A DNA stretch of 64,000 bases, taken from contig JAOPTX010000008.1 in assembly GCA_051532055.1 (NCBI GenBank), forward strand, positions 92,346 through 156,345, in the 5' to 3' direction. The stretch is from Fibrobacterales bacterium. Its GTDB lineage: Bacteria; Fibrobacterota; Fibrobacteria; Fibrobacterales; JAOPTW01. The notes beneath the pieces were generated by a model that did no database searches, was not told where the DNA came from, and saw only the letters and a program-made list of their open reading frames with translations. The translations under genes and the position numbers were made by a program. Positions 9,465 to 19,788 of this stretch are shown one piece after another (within the stretch, counting starts at the first letter, position 1; every line of letters begins with the position of its first letter).

Positions 9465-10268
9465 TTATACCTTTAAATAGATAGAGGGTTTAATTGTTTT
9501 AAACTGATTTTCTATACCCGTCAGGCTCTCGGAGTGGCTAATCACTAGATATCCACCAGGCTTTAACAATCGATACGCCTCATCAACAATACGCTTCCGA
9601 ATAATATTATCAAAATAAATCATAACATTTCTACAAAAAATAATGTCCATAGGTCCACTCATTGGATACGGTGCCTCAATGAGATTTAATCGTGCAAACT
9701 TTAAAAGAGATTTTAAAGAATCGTTTGCGAGAAAATATTTTTCTCCCTGCAGCTTGGATTCTGTAAAATATTTTTTCTTATATGCTAATGGAACATTATG
9801 CAAACTTTTGTCTGGATACTCTCCCGCTTTACACTTTTCTAATACTGCTGTAGAAATATCGGTGGCAAGCATCTTTACATCAATATTTTTGCCATTCATC
9901 ACTTCTCGCAAGGTCATCGCAAGGGTATAGGGTTCTTCTCCAGAAGATGCAGCTGCACACCAAATTCTGAAACTCTTTTGCCCATTTCGAATCCAAGTAT
10001 CCATTAACTCAGTTAAAAAGCTAAAATGATCTGGTTCTCGATAAAAACTAGTGAAATTCGTAGAGATAACATCCAGTAATTGTACCAACTCATTACCACT
10101 GCTATCATTTTTTAAAAAACTTAAATACTCTGATTCATTGGACAGCTTCAGTTTACGTAATCGTTTAGCTAACCGAGCTGAAACAAGTGCTTCTTTGGAA
10201 TCAAGTGTAATACCAGCCTTTGCATATACTATATTCTTAATCTCTATAAATACTTCTGTATCCATCAT
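9465..10268 (-). CDS. cheR: Chemotaxis methyltransferase CheR
   Basis: TNFTSFYRE, WCAAASSGEEPYT, ATDIS, IFCRNVMIYF. Confidence 0.97.
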   Translation of the reverse strand: MMDTEVFIEIKNIVYAKAGITLDSKEALVSARLAKRLRKLKLSNESEYLSFLKNDSSGNELVQLLDVISTNFTSFYREPDHFSFLTELMDTWIRNGQKSFRIWCAAASSGEEPYTLAMTLREVMNGKNIDVKMLATDISTAVLEKCKAGEYPDKSLHNVPLAYKKKYFTESKLQGEKYFLANDSLKSLLKFARLNLIEAPYPMSGPMDIIFCRNVMIYFDNIIRKRIVDEAYRLLKPGGYLVISHSESLTGIENQFKTIKPSIYLKV

Positions 10269-10285
10269 ATCTTAACAGAATCCTC

Positions 10286-13279
10286 TTACTTGACACTCTG
10301 TACAATTGCACCAACATCAAGAATCATACTAATTTTCCCATCACTCATAATCGCTCCGCCAGATACCCCATCTATTGAACCAATACCTTCACCAAGGCTT
10401 TTGATAACAACTTGTTGTTGTCCTAAAATCTGATCTACTGAAAGACCTATTTTTTTACCAAGCATATCTTCAACAACCATTACTATGCCGTCAGTTAATG
10501 CTTTTTCACTTCTAGAATTTCCAAAGAAATCTGACAACCTTACCAGCGTTATTGCTTCACCTCGTACATCAATATACTCTCCTTTACCCGCTGCAGTACC
10601 AATCTGTGCACTGTCAGGCCTAAGAGAGTCAAGAATACTTAGGGTAGGAATTATATATCGTTCATTTGATGCGGTAACAACCATTCCATCAATAATCGCT
10701 AAGGTTAATGGTAATCTAATAACAAATGTTGTACCAATACCCAATTCTGAATAAGTCTCTACAGACCCTCTCGATTGTTCAATATTTCTCCGTACTACAT
10801 CCATGCCAACACCACGACCGGAAATGTCTGATATTTGTTCTGCAGTCGAAAACCCAGGGTGAAAAATTAATTGGTGAATGTCATTGTCACTGTGTTGATC
10901 TTCAGCTTTTATTAATCCTTGCTTAATTGCTTTCGCTTTAATTTTTTCAACATTAAGTCCACCACCATTATCTTGAATTTCAATATTTATATTACCTGCA
11001 GCCTGAAATGCTCTAAGAGTAACGCGAGCAGGCTCAACCTTACCCATTTGTTCTCGCTCTTCTGGTAACTCAATACCATGGTCTACTGAATTTCGGATCA
11101 TATGCATCAGTGGGTCTGCTATATTTTCGACAACAGATTTATCTAACTCCGTATCTTCACCTTCCATAACAAACTGAATATTTTTACCCGTTTTTTTCGA
11201 GTAATCTCTTACCAAGCGAGCCATTTTTTGGAATGTTGATTTTATGGATACTGTTCGGAGAGCCATGGAGAGCTCTTGAATTTGCCTCATCACTTGATCA
11301 ACTGCAGAAACTTTTTTCTGAAACCCAACTACATCTATCCCTTCTAAGCTCTTATGATGCATAGTCATAATTGGATCAGCTGAAATCATCGATTGTGCAA
11401 TAACCGCCTCTCCAATGGTATCGATCAATTGGTCAAGCCTTCCAATAGGTACACGAACCGTTTCATCAATTCCTGCAGGTTTCTTATTTTGAGTCGGGGA
11501 TTTCGGGGTTGTTTCAGAAACCTCTACTATACCTTCACCCTTTTTTGCTTCAACTATTTTCTGAGAAATATTACTTTCTTCAACAACTGGTTGTACACTA
11601 CTATTAGTGTCCAATTTATTTTGTAGTGAAAGGTCAAGTCGCGCCATAATACCTGTATATGACGCTGGAACATGATACTTTTCAGTTGAGATAAAGTCCG
11701 CAACAATATCTATAAACTCTTTAAGAAGATCAATTGATTCAAGCAACACATCAACCTTAGGTGGATCAAGAGTGAGTTCGTTTTGCCTCGCCTTATCCAT
11801 AAGGTTTTCAACATTATGTGCTAATGATTGAATATCAAGGAGTTCCAAGAAACCAGCAATACCTTTTATTGTATGACAGCCTCTAAATATGAGATTGAGA
11901 TATTCAGCATTTGTAGGGTCATTTTCTAAATCGAGAAGGGTATTTTCAATTACCGTCAAATGTTCCCGAGATTCAGTTACAAAGTCTTCTAAAAATGATT
12001 TATCTGCACCTAAATTCAGACTATTTCCATCAGCTTTTGTCATTTCATCTTGGGTGGCCCCACTACTCTCAAATGAATTAGATTGAGTTGCGTCTCCAAT
12101 AAGAACGACGTTCATTTCATGCTCATCAATAACGACATCATCGCAATTACTATTCTCACTAACCTTCTTATGTATTAAAGCTGTAAGCCTCTGCAACCCT
12201 GCAAGATCAATCTGACCTTCAAGAACAAATGAATCTACTAAGGTTAATAAATTACTAAAAGAAGGACTCTTTGCTCCAATATAATGTGACCGAAGTTGTT
12301 TAAAAATCGGACGAAAAAGTTCTTTAATGGACGCCCCTGAAGTACATTCACTATGCGCCATTTCTAATTGGGTGAGTAGAGCCTCAATTGAAACAGGTGT
12401 TTCATTCTCTACACTTTCTGTTTCATGATTCTTTGTTGATTCCTTAATTAAAGGAGCATCATTTATTGATTTATCTTCTATTGTTGAGCTCAGATCTGAT
12501 TCTACACTTTCTCTTACCTTTAAAATCATTTCAGACTCATAATCATGAATTGTAGAATTCTCTCCCATAGCTAATTCATTCAATTTCATTGAAATCAGAT
12601 CTTTTAACCTGAATAACCCATCTGCACTCATTGTTTGATCATTCATTTTTTGTTCAACGCTATGGATAAGATGCGCAAACTTTTGCAGCCCCAATACTCC
12701 CAGTTCACCCTTAAGAGTATGAAGCTCTCTGAGAATACTTTGTATTGCCGAAGTACTCCCTGCTTCAAATTCTAAAATCATCTCTTCAAATTCATCAAAT
12801 TTTGCTTGTTGCGATGATATAAAGATTAGGAGAAGGTCTTGCATATCGGCCGGTACTTCATCTCGAATAGAATCATCAAAACCCTCATCAAAATCATCTA
12901 TGGGTACAGCACTCATAGCTGCAGCAAGGGCAGCTTCTGTATCTTCTTCTAGTGATTCTTTTGAGCTCGTTACTGCTGATGCTTCTTCTGGAAATTTATT
13001 TATTAAAAAGGTATCAACTGCTTTAGTAAGCTTAGTAAAGCATTGTTGTAATTTTATAAGCCCCTCTTCGAAAGGAGTATCCTTTGCAGAAACGGCATTA
13101 CAAAGCGATCCTGCTCTTTTAACATTAGTATAAAATGCTTGAGGAAATCCAGAAATTTCGAGAATATTAGTTGTCGCTTCATGTAATTCATTGATTCTTC
13201 CAGAGTCAATACTTGACCCACTCAAAACGTCACACCAATGATGCACTACTTTAGAAACATTTAAAAGTTCATTATTCAT
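10286..13279 (-). CDS. cheA: Chemotaxis histidine kinase CheA with multiple Hpt domains
   Basis: Two His-bearing Hpt motifs (LHTLKG, CHTIKG); HMIRNSVDHGIE, GFST, SGRGVGMDVV; C-terminal CheW-like domain. Confidence 0.97.
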   Translation of the reverse strand: MNNELLNVSKVVHHWCDVLSGSSIDSGRINELHEATTNILEISGFPQAFYTNVKRAGSLCNAVSAKDTPFEEGLIKLQQCFTKLTKAVDTFLINKFPEEASAVTSSKESLEEDTEAALAAAMSAVPIDDFDEGFDDSIRDEVPADMQDLLLIFISSQQAKFDEFEEMILEFEAGSTSAIQSILRELHTLKGELGVLGLQKFAHLIHSVEQKMNDQTMSADGLFRLKDLISMKLNELAMGENSTIHDYESEMILKVRESVESDLSSTIEDKSINDAPLIKESTKNHETESVENETPVSIEALLTQLEMAHSECTSGASIKELFRPIFKQLRSHYIGAKSPSFSNLLTLVDSFVLEGQIDLAGLQRLTALIHKKVSENSNCDDVVIDEHEMNVVLIGDATQSNSFESSGATQDEMTKADGNSLNLGADKSFLEDFVTESREHLTVIENTLLDLENDPTNAEYLNLIFRGCHTIKGIAGFLELLDIQSLAHNVENLMDKARQNELTLDPPKVDVLLESIDLLKEFIDIVADFISTEKYHVPASYTGIMARLDLSLQNKLDTNSSVQPVVEESNISQKIVEAKKGEGIVEVSETTPKSPTQNKKPAGIDETVRVPIGRLDQLIDTIGEAVIAQSMISADPIMTMHHKSLEGIDVVGFQKKVSAVDQVMRQIQELSMALRTVSIKSTFQKMARLVRDYSKKTGKNIQFVMEGEDTELDKSVVENIADPLMHMIRNSVDHGIELPEEREQMGKVEPARVTLRAFQAAGNINIEIQDNGGGLNVEKIKAKAIKQGLIKAEDQHSDNDIHQLIFHPGFSTAEQISDISGRGVGMDVVRRNIEQSRGSVETYSELGIGTTFVIRLPLTLAIIDGMVVTASNERYIIPTLSILDSLRPDSAQIGTAAGKGEYIDVRGEAITLVRLSDFFGNSRSEKALTDGIVMVVEDMLGKKIGLSVDQILGQQQVVIKSLGEGIGSIDGVSGGAIMSDGKISMILDVGAIVQSVK

Positions 13280-13436
13280 AGAGAGATACCTAAATTTCTG
13301 TAACTCTATTCTACAACATAAATACCATGAATTTCAAATTTTTTAGTTATTATTTTAGTAAATAATCAGATATACCTATATTCAGGTAGAGTAAATACCC
13401 CAATAGAGCCATTTTGTTTTAAAAGCAGGCAGACAA

Positions 13437-13829
13437 ATGAAAATATTGATAGTTGATGATAACTTTATTAATCGCAAACAACTTAAATTTATGCTCTCTG
13501 AGCTTGGTGATAGTGATCTTGCAAATGATGGAAAGGAAGCGTTGGAAGCAATTTCCATTGCCCATCAATTAAATGAGTATTACGACCTCATTTGCATGGA
13601 TATCATGATGCCACAAATGGACGGGATGGAAGCACTTGAAAAAATCCGGGCTTTTGAACAAGAACATAGTATTGCTCCAGATTCAGGTGCAAAAATCATA
13701 ATGATTACAACAGTTGATGATAAAAGCAGTATTATCAAATCTTTTAGATCTGGCTGTGAAAGCTATGTGGTCAAACCAGTTGTAAAACATAAACTATTAG
13801 AGACCATTAAAAACCTCGAAATCAGCTAA
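13437..13829 (+). CDS. Single-domain response regulator
   Basis: ILIVDD, DIMMPQMDG, ITT, YVVKP; divergent from cheA. Confidence 0.9.
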   Translation: MKILIVDDNFINRKQLKFMLSELGDSDLANDGKEALEAISIAHQLNEYYDLICMDIMMPQMDGMEALEKIRAFEQEHSIAPDSGAKIIMITTVDDKSSIIKSFRSGCESYVVKPVVKHKLLETIKNLEIS

Positions 13830-13913
13830 AGCATTTCAATATAGAGAGCCTCACTTTAAAAATGAGACCATTTTTGCTATTTTTGCATCAAAATAAGCAA
13901 TTTTGGAGCAGTA

Positions 13914-16658
13914 ATGGAATCGCGTTTTTCGCCGCAAGATATCGAAAACAAATGGTTAGAGTCATGGATCGAAACAGGTTCATTTAAACCCAGTGGTGAA
14001 GGTGATCCATTTAGTATCGTCATACCTCCCCCAAATGTTACTGGGGCTCTTCACTTAGGCCATGCTCTCAACAACACCATTCAAGACACCCTAATACGGT
14101 GGCAACGCAAGATGGGTAAGAATACCCTTTGGGTTCCAGGAACAGACCACGCAGGCATTGCAACTCAAGCAGTTGTCGAGCGGCGTCTTTTGGAAAACGA
14201 ACAAAAAACTCGCCATGATATAGGTAGAGATGCATTAGTTAAACGTATCTGGGACTGGAAAGACGAATATGAAAAACGTATTTCAGGACAACTTAGAAAA
14301 GTAGGCTCGAGTTGCGATTGGGACCGCCAACGCTTTACCCTTGACCCAGTATGCGCAAAAGCTGTCCGCCACACCTTTTATAACCTCTTTAAAAAGAACT
14401 ATATATTCAGAGGGAAACGGCTTGTTAACTGGGATACCCATCTTCAAACTGCCGTTGCTGACGATGAAATATATTATGAAACCGTACAGAGTCACATGTG
14501 GTATTTTAAATACTACTTAGCGGACGGTTCAGGCTTTATACCTGTAGCTACAACGCGCCCCGAAACGATTCTCGGTGACACTGCTGTAGCGGTACATCCC
14601 GAAGATAGTCGATATAAATCCTTTATTGGTAAAATGCTGAAAGTCCCTTTTGTCGACCGTGAAATACCAGTAATTGCCGATGGCATGTTGGTTAACCCAG
14701 AATTTGGTACAGGCTCGGTTAAAGTTACTCCTGCTCATGATCCCAATGACTACGCAACGGGTCTTCGCCATACACTACCAATGATTAATATTCTTACCAG
14801 CACTGGTCATATCAATGAAAATGGCGGACAATTTGCTGATATGGAACGGTATGATGCTCGAAAAGCAGTAGTTGCAGAACTTGAGGCTCTTGACCTTTTG
14901 ATTAAGGTTGAAGATCATGAGATGCCCCTTGGCCATTCAGACCGTTCTAAAACACCCATCGAACCTTATTTGTCTGATCAATGGTTTGTAGATATGAAGG
15001 AAATTGGTGAAACAGCCCTTGATGCAGTTCGCCAAAAATCTATTACTTTTTACCCTGAACGCTATAGTAAAACCTACCTCGATTGGTTAGGTGAAAAACG
15101 TGACTGGTGTATAAGCCGACAGTTATGGTGGGGACACCAAATTCCTATTTGGTACTGTTCAACTTGTAGTGAAGCTGATCTCGAGAATGCTTTTGGCAAT
15201 TCAGGAGATGCTCACTGGATTAAAACAGAAGATGAAAGTGGCTGGCTTGTCTGCTCTCTTGATGATATTAGTGAAAATGCACTCGGTGAAAGTCACACCC
15301 TTACCCGTGATCCTGATGTACTTGACACCTGGTTTTCAAGTGCTCTTTGGCCCCACTCTACTTTAGGCTGGCCCGAACAGACCGATGATCTCAAAACATT
15401 TTATCCAACCAGTGTTCTAGTAACGAGTCGTGATATTATAAGTTTATGGATCGCCCGCATGGTTGTTACTGGATTAGAAAATATTGGAGACATTCCTTTT
15501 TCTAAAGTATACATCCACCCAAAAATTCTCGATGGTGATGGCCGTACCATGAGTAAATCACTCGGAAATGGTGTTGACCCTCTTGATATTATTGAAAAAT
15601 ACGGCACTGATGCACTTCGATTTACAATGGCACAACTCTGTACCGACAATCAAGATGCACGTCTTCCCGTTAAGCCAGAAACACTTGAAGATGGAAGAAC
15701 CATCAATACTTCAGACAAATTTGAACTAGGGCGTAACTTTGCAAACAAATTGTGGAACGCCTGCCGATTTGTAGAGCCGCACCTTTCATCTGTTGAAAAA
15801 CTTACTATCGATACTGCTCTTCTGACACTTGAAGACAAGTGGATTCTTTCTCGTATCAATAGCACTATTCAAAAAGTAGAATCGTGCCTTGAGCATTACC
15901 GTTTTTCTGAAATGGTTCAAGTGCTCTATCACTTCACTTGGGATGATTTCTGTTCTCGATATTTAGAAATCAAAAAGAAAACTATTACCGCAGAAGCGAT
16001 GAGTCCTGAAAAAGCAAATGGTCTTGCGGTATTTTCACACGTTGTTGAAAAACTGATTGGCGCTCTGCACCCAGTAATGCCTTTCATTACTGAAGAGCTT
16101 AATACCATATTGTTCCCCACTGCTCCAGCATTGATTACTTCACCTTGGCCAAAAGTAGACACTCTAGTCATTAACCAACAAATAGAGAAAGACTTTTCTG
16201 AAATTTTTGAGATTGTCGAATCAGTTCGATCTATTCGTGGTCAATACTCAATTAGCCCTGCTAAAGAATTAGATTGTTATGTGAAAGTGGCAACTGAAAC
16301 AGTAAAAAATGCATTGAATGAGAATGCCTCATTTATCAAAATTATGGGTAAACTTTCTACTCTTACCATTGATTGTAATGATATTAAGCCTCCATTTTCT
16401 GCGACCCAGATGATGAGTGGTGGCGAAGTTTATATTCCACTTGAAGGCATATTGGACAAGGAAAAGGAACTTGAGAAACTTACAAAGGAGCTGGCTGGGG
16501 CTCAAAAGTTTTCTCAAAGCCTTGAGAAAAAATTGTCAAACGATAAATTTGTCAATAACGCTCCCGCAAATGTTGTTGCATTTGAAAAGGATAAGTTAAA
16601 AAGTCAGCTTGAAACTATCCAAAAATGTAAAAATGCAATTGCGGAGCTCAGTGCTTAA
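13914..16658 (+). CDS. valS: Valine--tRNA ligase
   Basis: PPPNVTGALHLGH, GTDHAGIATQ, DWCISRQLWWGH, TMSKS, C-terminal coiled coil. Confidence 0.98.
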   Translation: MESRFSPQDIENKWLESWIETGSFKPSGEGDPFSIVIPPPNVTGALHLGHALNNTIQDTLIRWQRKMGKNTLWVPGTDHAGIATQAVVERRLLENEQKTRHDIGRDALVKRIWDWKDEYEKRISGQLRKVGSSCDWDRQRFTLDPVCAKAVRHTFYNLFKKNYIFRGKRLVNWDTHLQTAVADDEIYYETVQSHMWYFKYYLADGSGFIPVATTRPETILGDTAVAVHPEDSRYKSFIGKMLKVPFVDREIPVIADGMLVNPEFGTGSVKVTPAHDPNDYATGLRHTLPMINILTSTGHINENGGQFADMERYDARKAVVAELEALDLLIKVEDHEMPLGHSDRSKTPIEPYLSDQWFVDMKEIGETALDAVRQKSITFYPERYSKTYLDWLGEKRDWCISRQLWWGHQIPIWYCSTCSEADLENAFGNSGDAHWIKTEDESGWLVCSLDDISENALGESHTLTRDPDVLDTWFSSALWPHSTLGWPEQTDDLKTFYPTSVLVTSRDIISLWIARMVVTGLENIGDIPFSKVYIHPKILDGDGRTMSKSLGNGVDPLDIIEKYGTDALRFTMAQLCTDNQDARLPVKPETLEDGRTINTSDKFELGRNFANKLWNACRFVEPHLSSVEKLTIDTALLTLEDKWILSRINSTIQKVESCLEHYRFSEMVQVLYHFTWDDFCSRYLEIKKKTITAEAMSPEKANGLAVFSHVVEKLIGALHPVMPFITEELNTILFPTAPALITSPWPKVDTLVINQQIEKDFSEIFEIVESVRSIRGQYSISPAKELDCYVKVATETVKNALNENASFIKIMGKLSTLTIDCNDIKPPFSATQMMSGGEVYIPLEGILDKEKELEKLTKELAGAQKFSQSLEKKLSNDKFVNNAPANVVAFEKDKLKSQLETIQKCKNAIAELSA

Positions 16659-16666
16659 CACGATCT

Positions 16667-18259
16667 CTACTCGATAGTCCCCTCTGTATTACCATGAGGC
16701 TCTATTGGAATAGAAAATATAAAAGTACTTCCTGGGCCATGTTTATTATACATGGCCCAGATTTGCCCTTGGTGATTCTCAATTATCTCTTTGCTTATTG
16801 CTAAGCCTAGCCCAGTTCCGCCAGCCCCACTATCACTTGATGAACTTTGAACAAATTCATCAAACACTGAAATGAGCTCACCTTTAGGAATTCCAACTCC
16901 TTCATCGATTACTCTGCATTCAATAGAAGGGTACTCAATAAAGCTTATCTCATCAATAAGAAATGAGTCTTTTATTTGAATTGTTATAGTAGAATCAACA
17001 GGTGAAAATTTTATTGCATTTGATAGCAAATTTCTTAGTACTTGCATAATCCTAACATTATCATACATGACCACTTTGTAGGTACATTCTATTGAAAGAT
17101 CAACATAAATTGATTTATTTTTTATGAGCTGAGCCAACTCATTTAATATTGTTTTTATTGTATCAGCAATACTATTTTTTGTTTTGATATAACTTACTTT
17201 ACCTGATGCAAGTTTTGAAAGGTCCAATATGTCACTAACTGTTTCAAGAAGTCGGTCTCCACTCTCCTTAATCCTCCCAAAATATTTTGGTATTTTATTA
17301 TCCTCAATACTCACTGACCTTTTCTCTCCAAGCTCAGCAAAACTCAAAATGGCATGCAGAGGTGTCCTCAGCTCATGTGACATATTCGCTAGAAACCGTG
17401 ACTTCACCTGCATAGCTTCTTCAGCCATATCTTTGGCGAATTGTAGCTCTACAGTTCTTTTTTCGACTTTGACTTCCAAGTTCATTTTTGCATCTGACAA
17501 TTCACTCATAAGCTCATTCAATTTAACATTTGTCGTACGTTGTTCTTCTTCTTTTGAAATTAAACTTTCAATGAGAACATCGTTATCAGATTTTATCACC
17601 GCCAAAAGATCATACACTTGCTTAAACAAGGCTGTATCGGGGATTTCATGAAAATCTTCATCACCCGATACCTTCCAATTTATTTGTCCCACCGTATCAA
17701 CTAAATTTCTTAACTCCAAACCAAATTGCATTGCAGATACTGTTTTTACACCGGCATAAGGGAGTTTAACATTATGGGTACCAGATCGATACTGTAAAAT
17801 GCGCTCAAGGCCTTCTTCATAAGATCGCGCACTCTCGATTTTAATAGGTGTAGTAAAAAGGTTATTTGCAACACGAAGAATAGTTCTCACTATAAATGAT
17901 CCACCATAACATACAAATGCATGTAGATGACCTTCTTCTTTTTCTAAAGTGTCTTTAACTACCATACGACTCTGTTTGCCGGGATTATTATAGACTTGAG
18001 AATAATCTTTTAATTCGTAATAATTTGTTCCAAGTAAATTACATTCGCTGAGAATATCTACACGCCGTTTAAAAAATTTCGATACTGCTTCTGAATTTGA
18101 CGAATCTCCCACCGCTTGCGTATGAAGTATATTTGAATCAATGAGTTCAAAACTTCCTGAGTAGGAGTCTGTAAAGGGTATATTACACCACTCATCTTTA
18201 TAAGTAATAATCAGACCACTGAATGGACACACTTTTGTTTTAAATCCACGATCATCCAT
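16667..18259 (-). CDS. Soluble sensor histidine kinase with uncharacterised N-terminal domain
   Basis: FLANMSHELRTPL, NLLSNAIKFS, DEGVGI, GGTGLGLAI; no obvious TM. Confidence 0.92.
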   Translation of the reverse strand: MDDRGFKTKVCPFSGLIITYKDEWCNIPFTDSYSGSFELIDSNILHTQAVGDSSNSEAVSKFFKRRVDILSECNLLGTNYYELKDYSQVYNNPGKQSRMVVKDTLEKEEGHLHAFVCYGGSFIVRTILRVANNLFTTPIKIESARSYEEGLERILQYRSGTHNVKLPYAGVKTVSAMQFGLELRNLVDTVGQINWKVSGDEDFHEIPDTALFKQVYDLLAVIKSDNDVLIESLISKEEEQRTTNVKLNELMSELSDAKMNLEVKVEKRTVELQFAKDMAEEAMQVKSRFLANMSHELRTPLHAILSFAELGEKRSVSIEDNKIPKYFGRIKESGDRLLETVSDILDLSKLASGKVSYIKTKNSIADTIKTILNELAQLIKNKSIYVDLSIECTYKVVMYDNVRIMQVLRNLLSNAIKFSPVDSTITIQIKDSFLIDEISFIEYPSIECRVIDEGVGIPKGELISVFDEFVQSSSSDSGAGGTGLGLAISKEIIENHQGQIWAMYNKHGPGSTFIFSIPIEPHGNTEGTIE

Positions 18260-18276
18260 GTGGAATCAACAGAAAA

Positions 18277-18663
18277 TCAACTTGCTGGAGTATAGTCAGA
18301 GCACTCAAGGCACCAGTGAATATTTTCTGCCATCTCCTCTTTAACGATAGGTTTTGGCTGAAACCGAGTCGCACCGATTTCAAGTAAATGAGTAATATCC
18401 TTTATCCCCATTACCCCCGATTGAATCAGTATCGGCATCTTAGTATGTATTGAATCCCGTATGAGGGATATCAATTCCATACCATCCATATTTGGCATCA
18501 TGATATCTGTGATCAAAAGGTCACAAGGATCCCCTTGCATAATTCTATCATATGCATCTTGGCCATCGGGACAGACTGTTACAGAGTGACCAAGCTCTTC
18601 AACAATCATCTTAATCAAGGTTTGATTAACGATATCATCTTCTGCAATTATTATTCGAGCCAT
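18277..18663 (-). CDS. Single-domain response regulator
   Basis: IIIAEDD, DIMMPNMDG, QPKP. Confidence 0.9.
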   Translation of the reverse strand: MARIIIAEDDIVNQTLIKMIVEELGHSVTVCPDGQDAYDRIMQGDPCDLLITDIMMPNMDGMELISLIRDSIHTKMPILIQSGVMGIKDITHLLEIGATRFQPKPIVKEEMAENIHWCLECSDYTPAS

Positions 18664-18664
18664 G

Positions 18665-19741
18665 TTAGCCCTCCATTAAGTATGGAATTGTGAATTGTAC
18701 TTTAATGCCACCAACTTCTCGATTCTCTATGGTAAGAGAACCATTGTGCGACTCAGCTATTTTTTTAGTAAGTGGGAGACTAATACCAAGTCCCCGTGTG
18801 TGGTGCATTATATCTTCTGAATTAAATTCATTAAATACAGTTTCTAACTTCTCTGTTTTTATACCTGGGCCTTCATCTTCGATAATTACTGCACAATCCC
18901 CCCCATTAGGCACTACGCTAATACCAATATTCCCCCCTTCAGGTGAATGATCGTATGCATTTTCAATGAGATACCGCACCGCATTTTGTATGTAGTATGG
19001 TTCAAATTCAAACGGTTCTAAATCAGGTATCGAATAATTTACTGAAACATTACGTTCAGAGTTCATTTTCTGTACTTGTTGCGCCGCACCCTTAATGGCC
19101 GCTTCAATTGAGCTCTTCTCAATGTCAAGGTCCATACCCTTTTTGAACATACACATGCTCAAAGTCTTCTCAGTTTGAGACAATAGTACCGATCCAGCTT
19201 TTTGAATCTCTTTGATATAACTTCTCTCTTCGGCATTTATATTTTCAGATGTTGAAAGTAATAATTCAGATAATCCTAAAATAGAATTGAGCGGTGTCCT
19301 TTTTTCATGACTGAGCAGATGAAGTAGATCACCTTTAAGGCGGTCGACCTCTTCCTCGTATTTGAGTTTAACAAATATTTCTACTTTTGCTAATAACTCA
19401 TTGTGATCAAAAGGCTTAGTGACATAATCATCTGCTCCTGCGGCATATCCTTCGAGACGTTCTTGCACCATTGCTTTTGCAGATACCAATAACACTTTTA
19501 CATATTTAAAATAATTATTTGCTCGTATTCTACGACACACTTCGTACCCATCAATTCCAGGCATCATAATATCAAGGAGAACAACATCAGGAATAAACGA
19601 CTCCATCTTTTTTAATGCCGTTTCACCATCAGAGGCCACCTGGACAATATAATTTCCTTCAAGAATGTCTTCGAGAATTTCTATATTGATTTCATCATCA
19701 TCTACAATGAGGATTTTAAATTTCATAATTATTTTGCTCAC
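18665..19741 (-). CDS. Hybrid receiver-histidine kinase (REC-HisKA-HATPase)
   Basis: REC (DIMMPGIDG, YVTKPF), SHEKRTPL, DEGPGI, GLGISL; start may be ATG 19726. Confidence 0.9.
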   Translation of the reverse strand: MSKIIMKFKILIVDDDEINIEILEDILEGNYIVQVASDGETALKKMESFIPDVVLLDIMMPGIDGYEVCRRIRANNYFKYVKVLLVSAKAMVQERLEGYAAGADDYVTKPFDHNELLAKVEIFVKLKYEEEVDRLKGDLLHLLSHEKRTPLNSILGLSELLLSTSENINAEERSYIKEIQKAGSVLLSQTEKTLSMCMFKKGMDLDIEKSSIEAAIKGAAQQVQKMNSERNVSVNYSIPDLEPFEFEPYYIQNAVRYLIENAYDHSPEGGNIGISVVPNGGDCAVIIEDEGPGIKTEKLETVFNEFNSEDIMHHTRGLGISLPLTKKIAESHNGSLTIENREVGGIKVQFTIPYLMEG

Positions 19742-19788
19742 AAATTCAAATTGTATTATACCAATAAATAAAACTACCTTGCCACATA

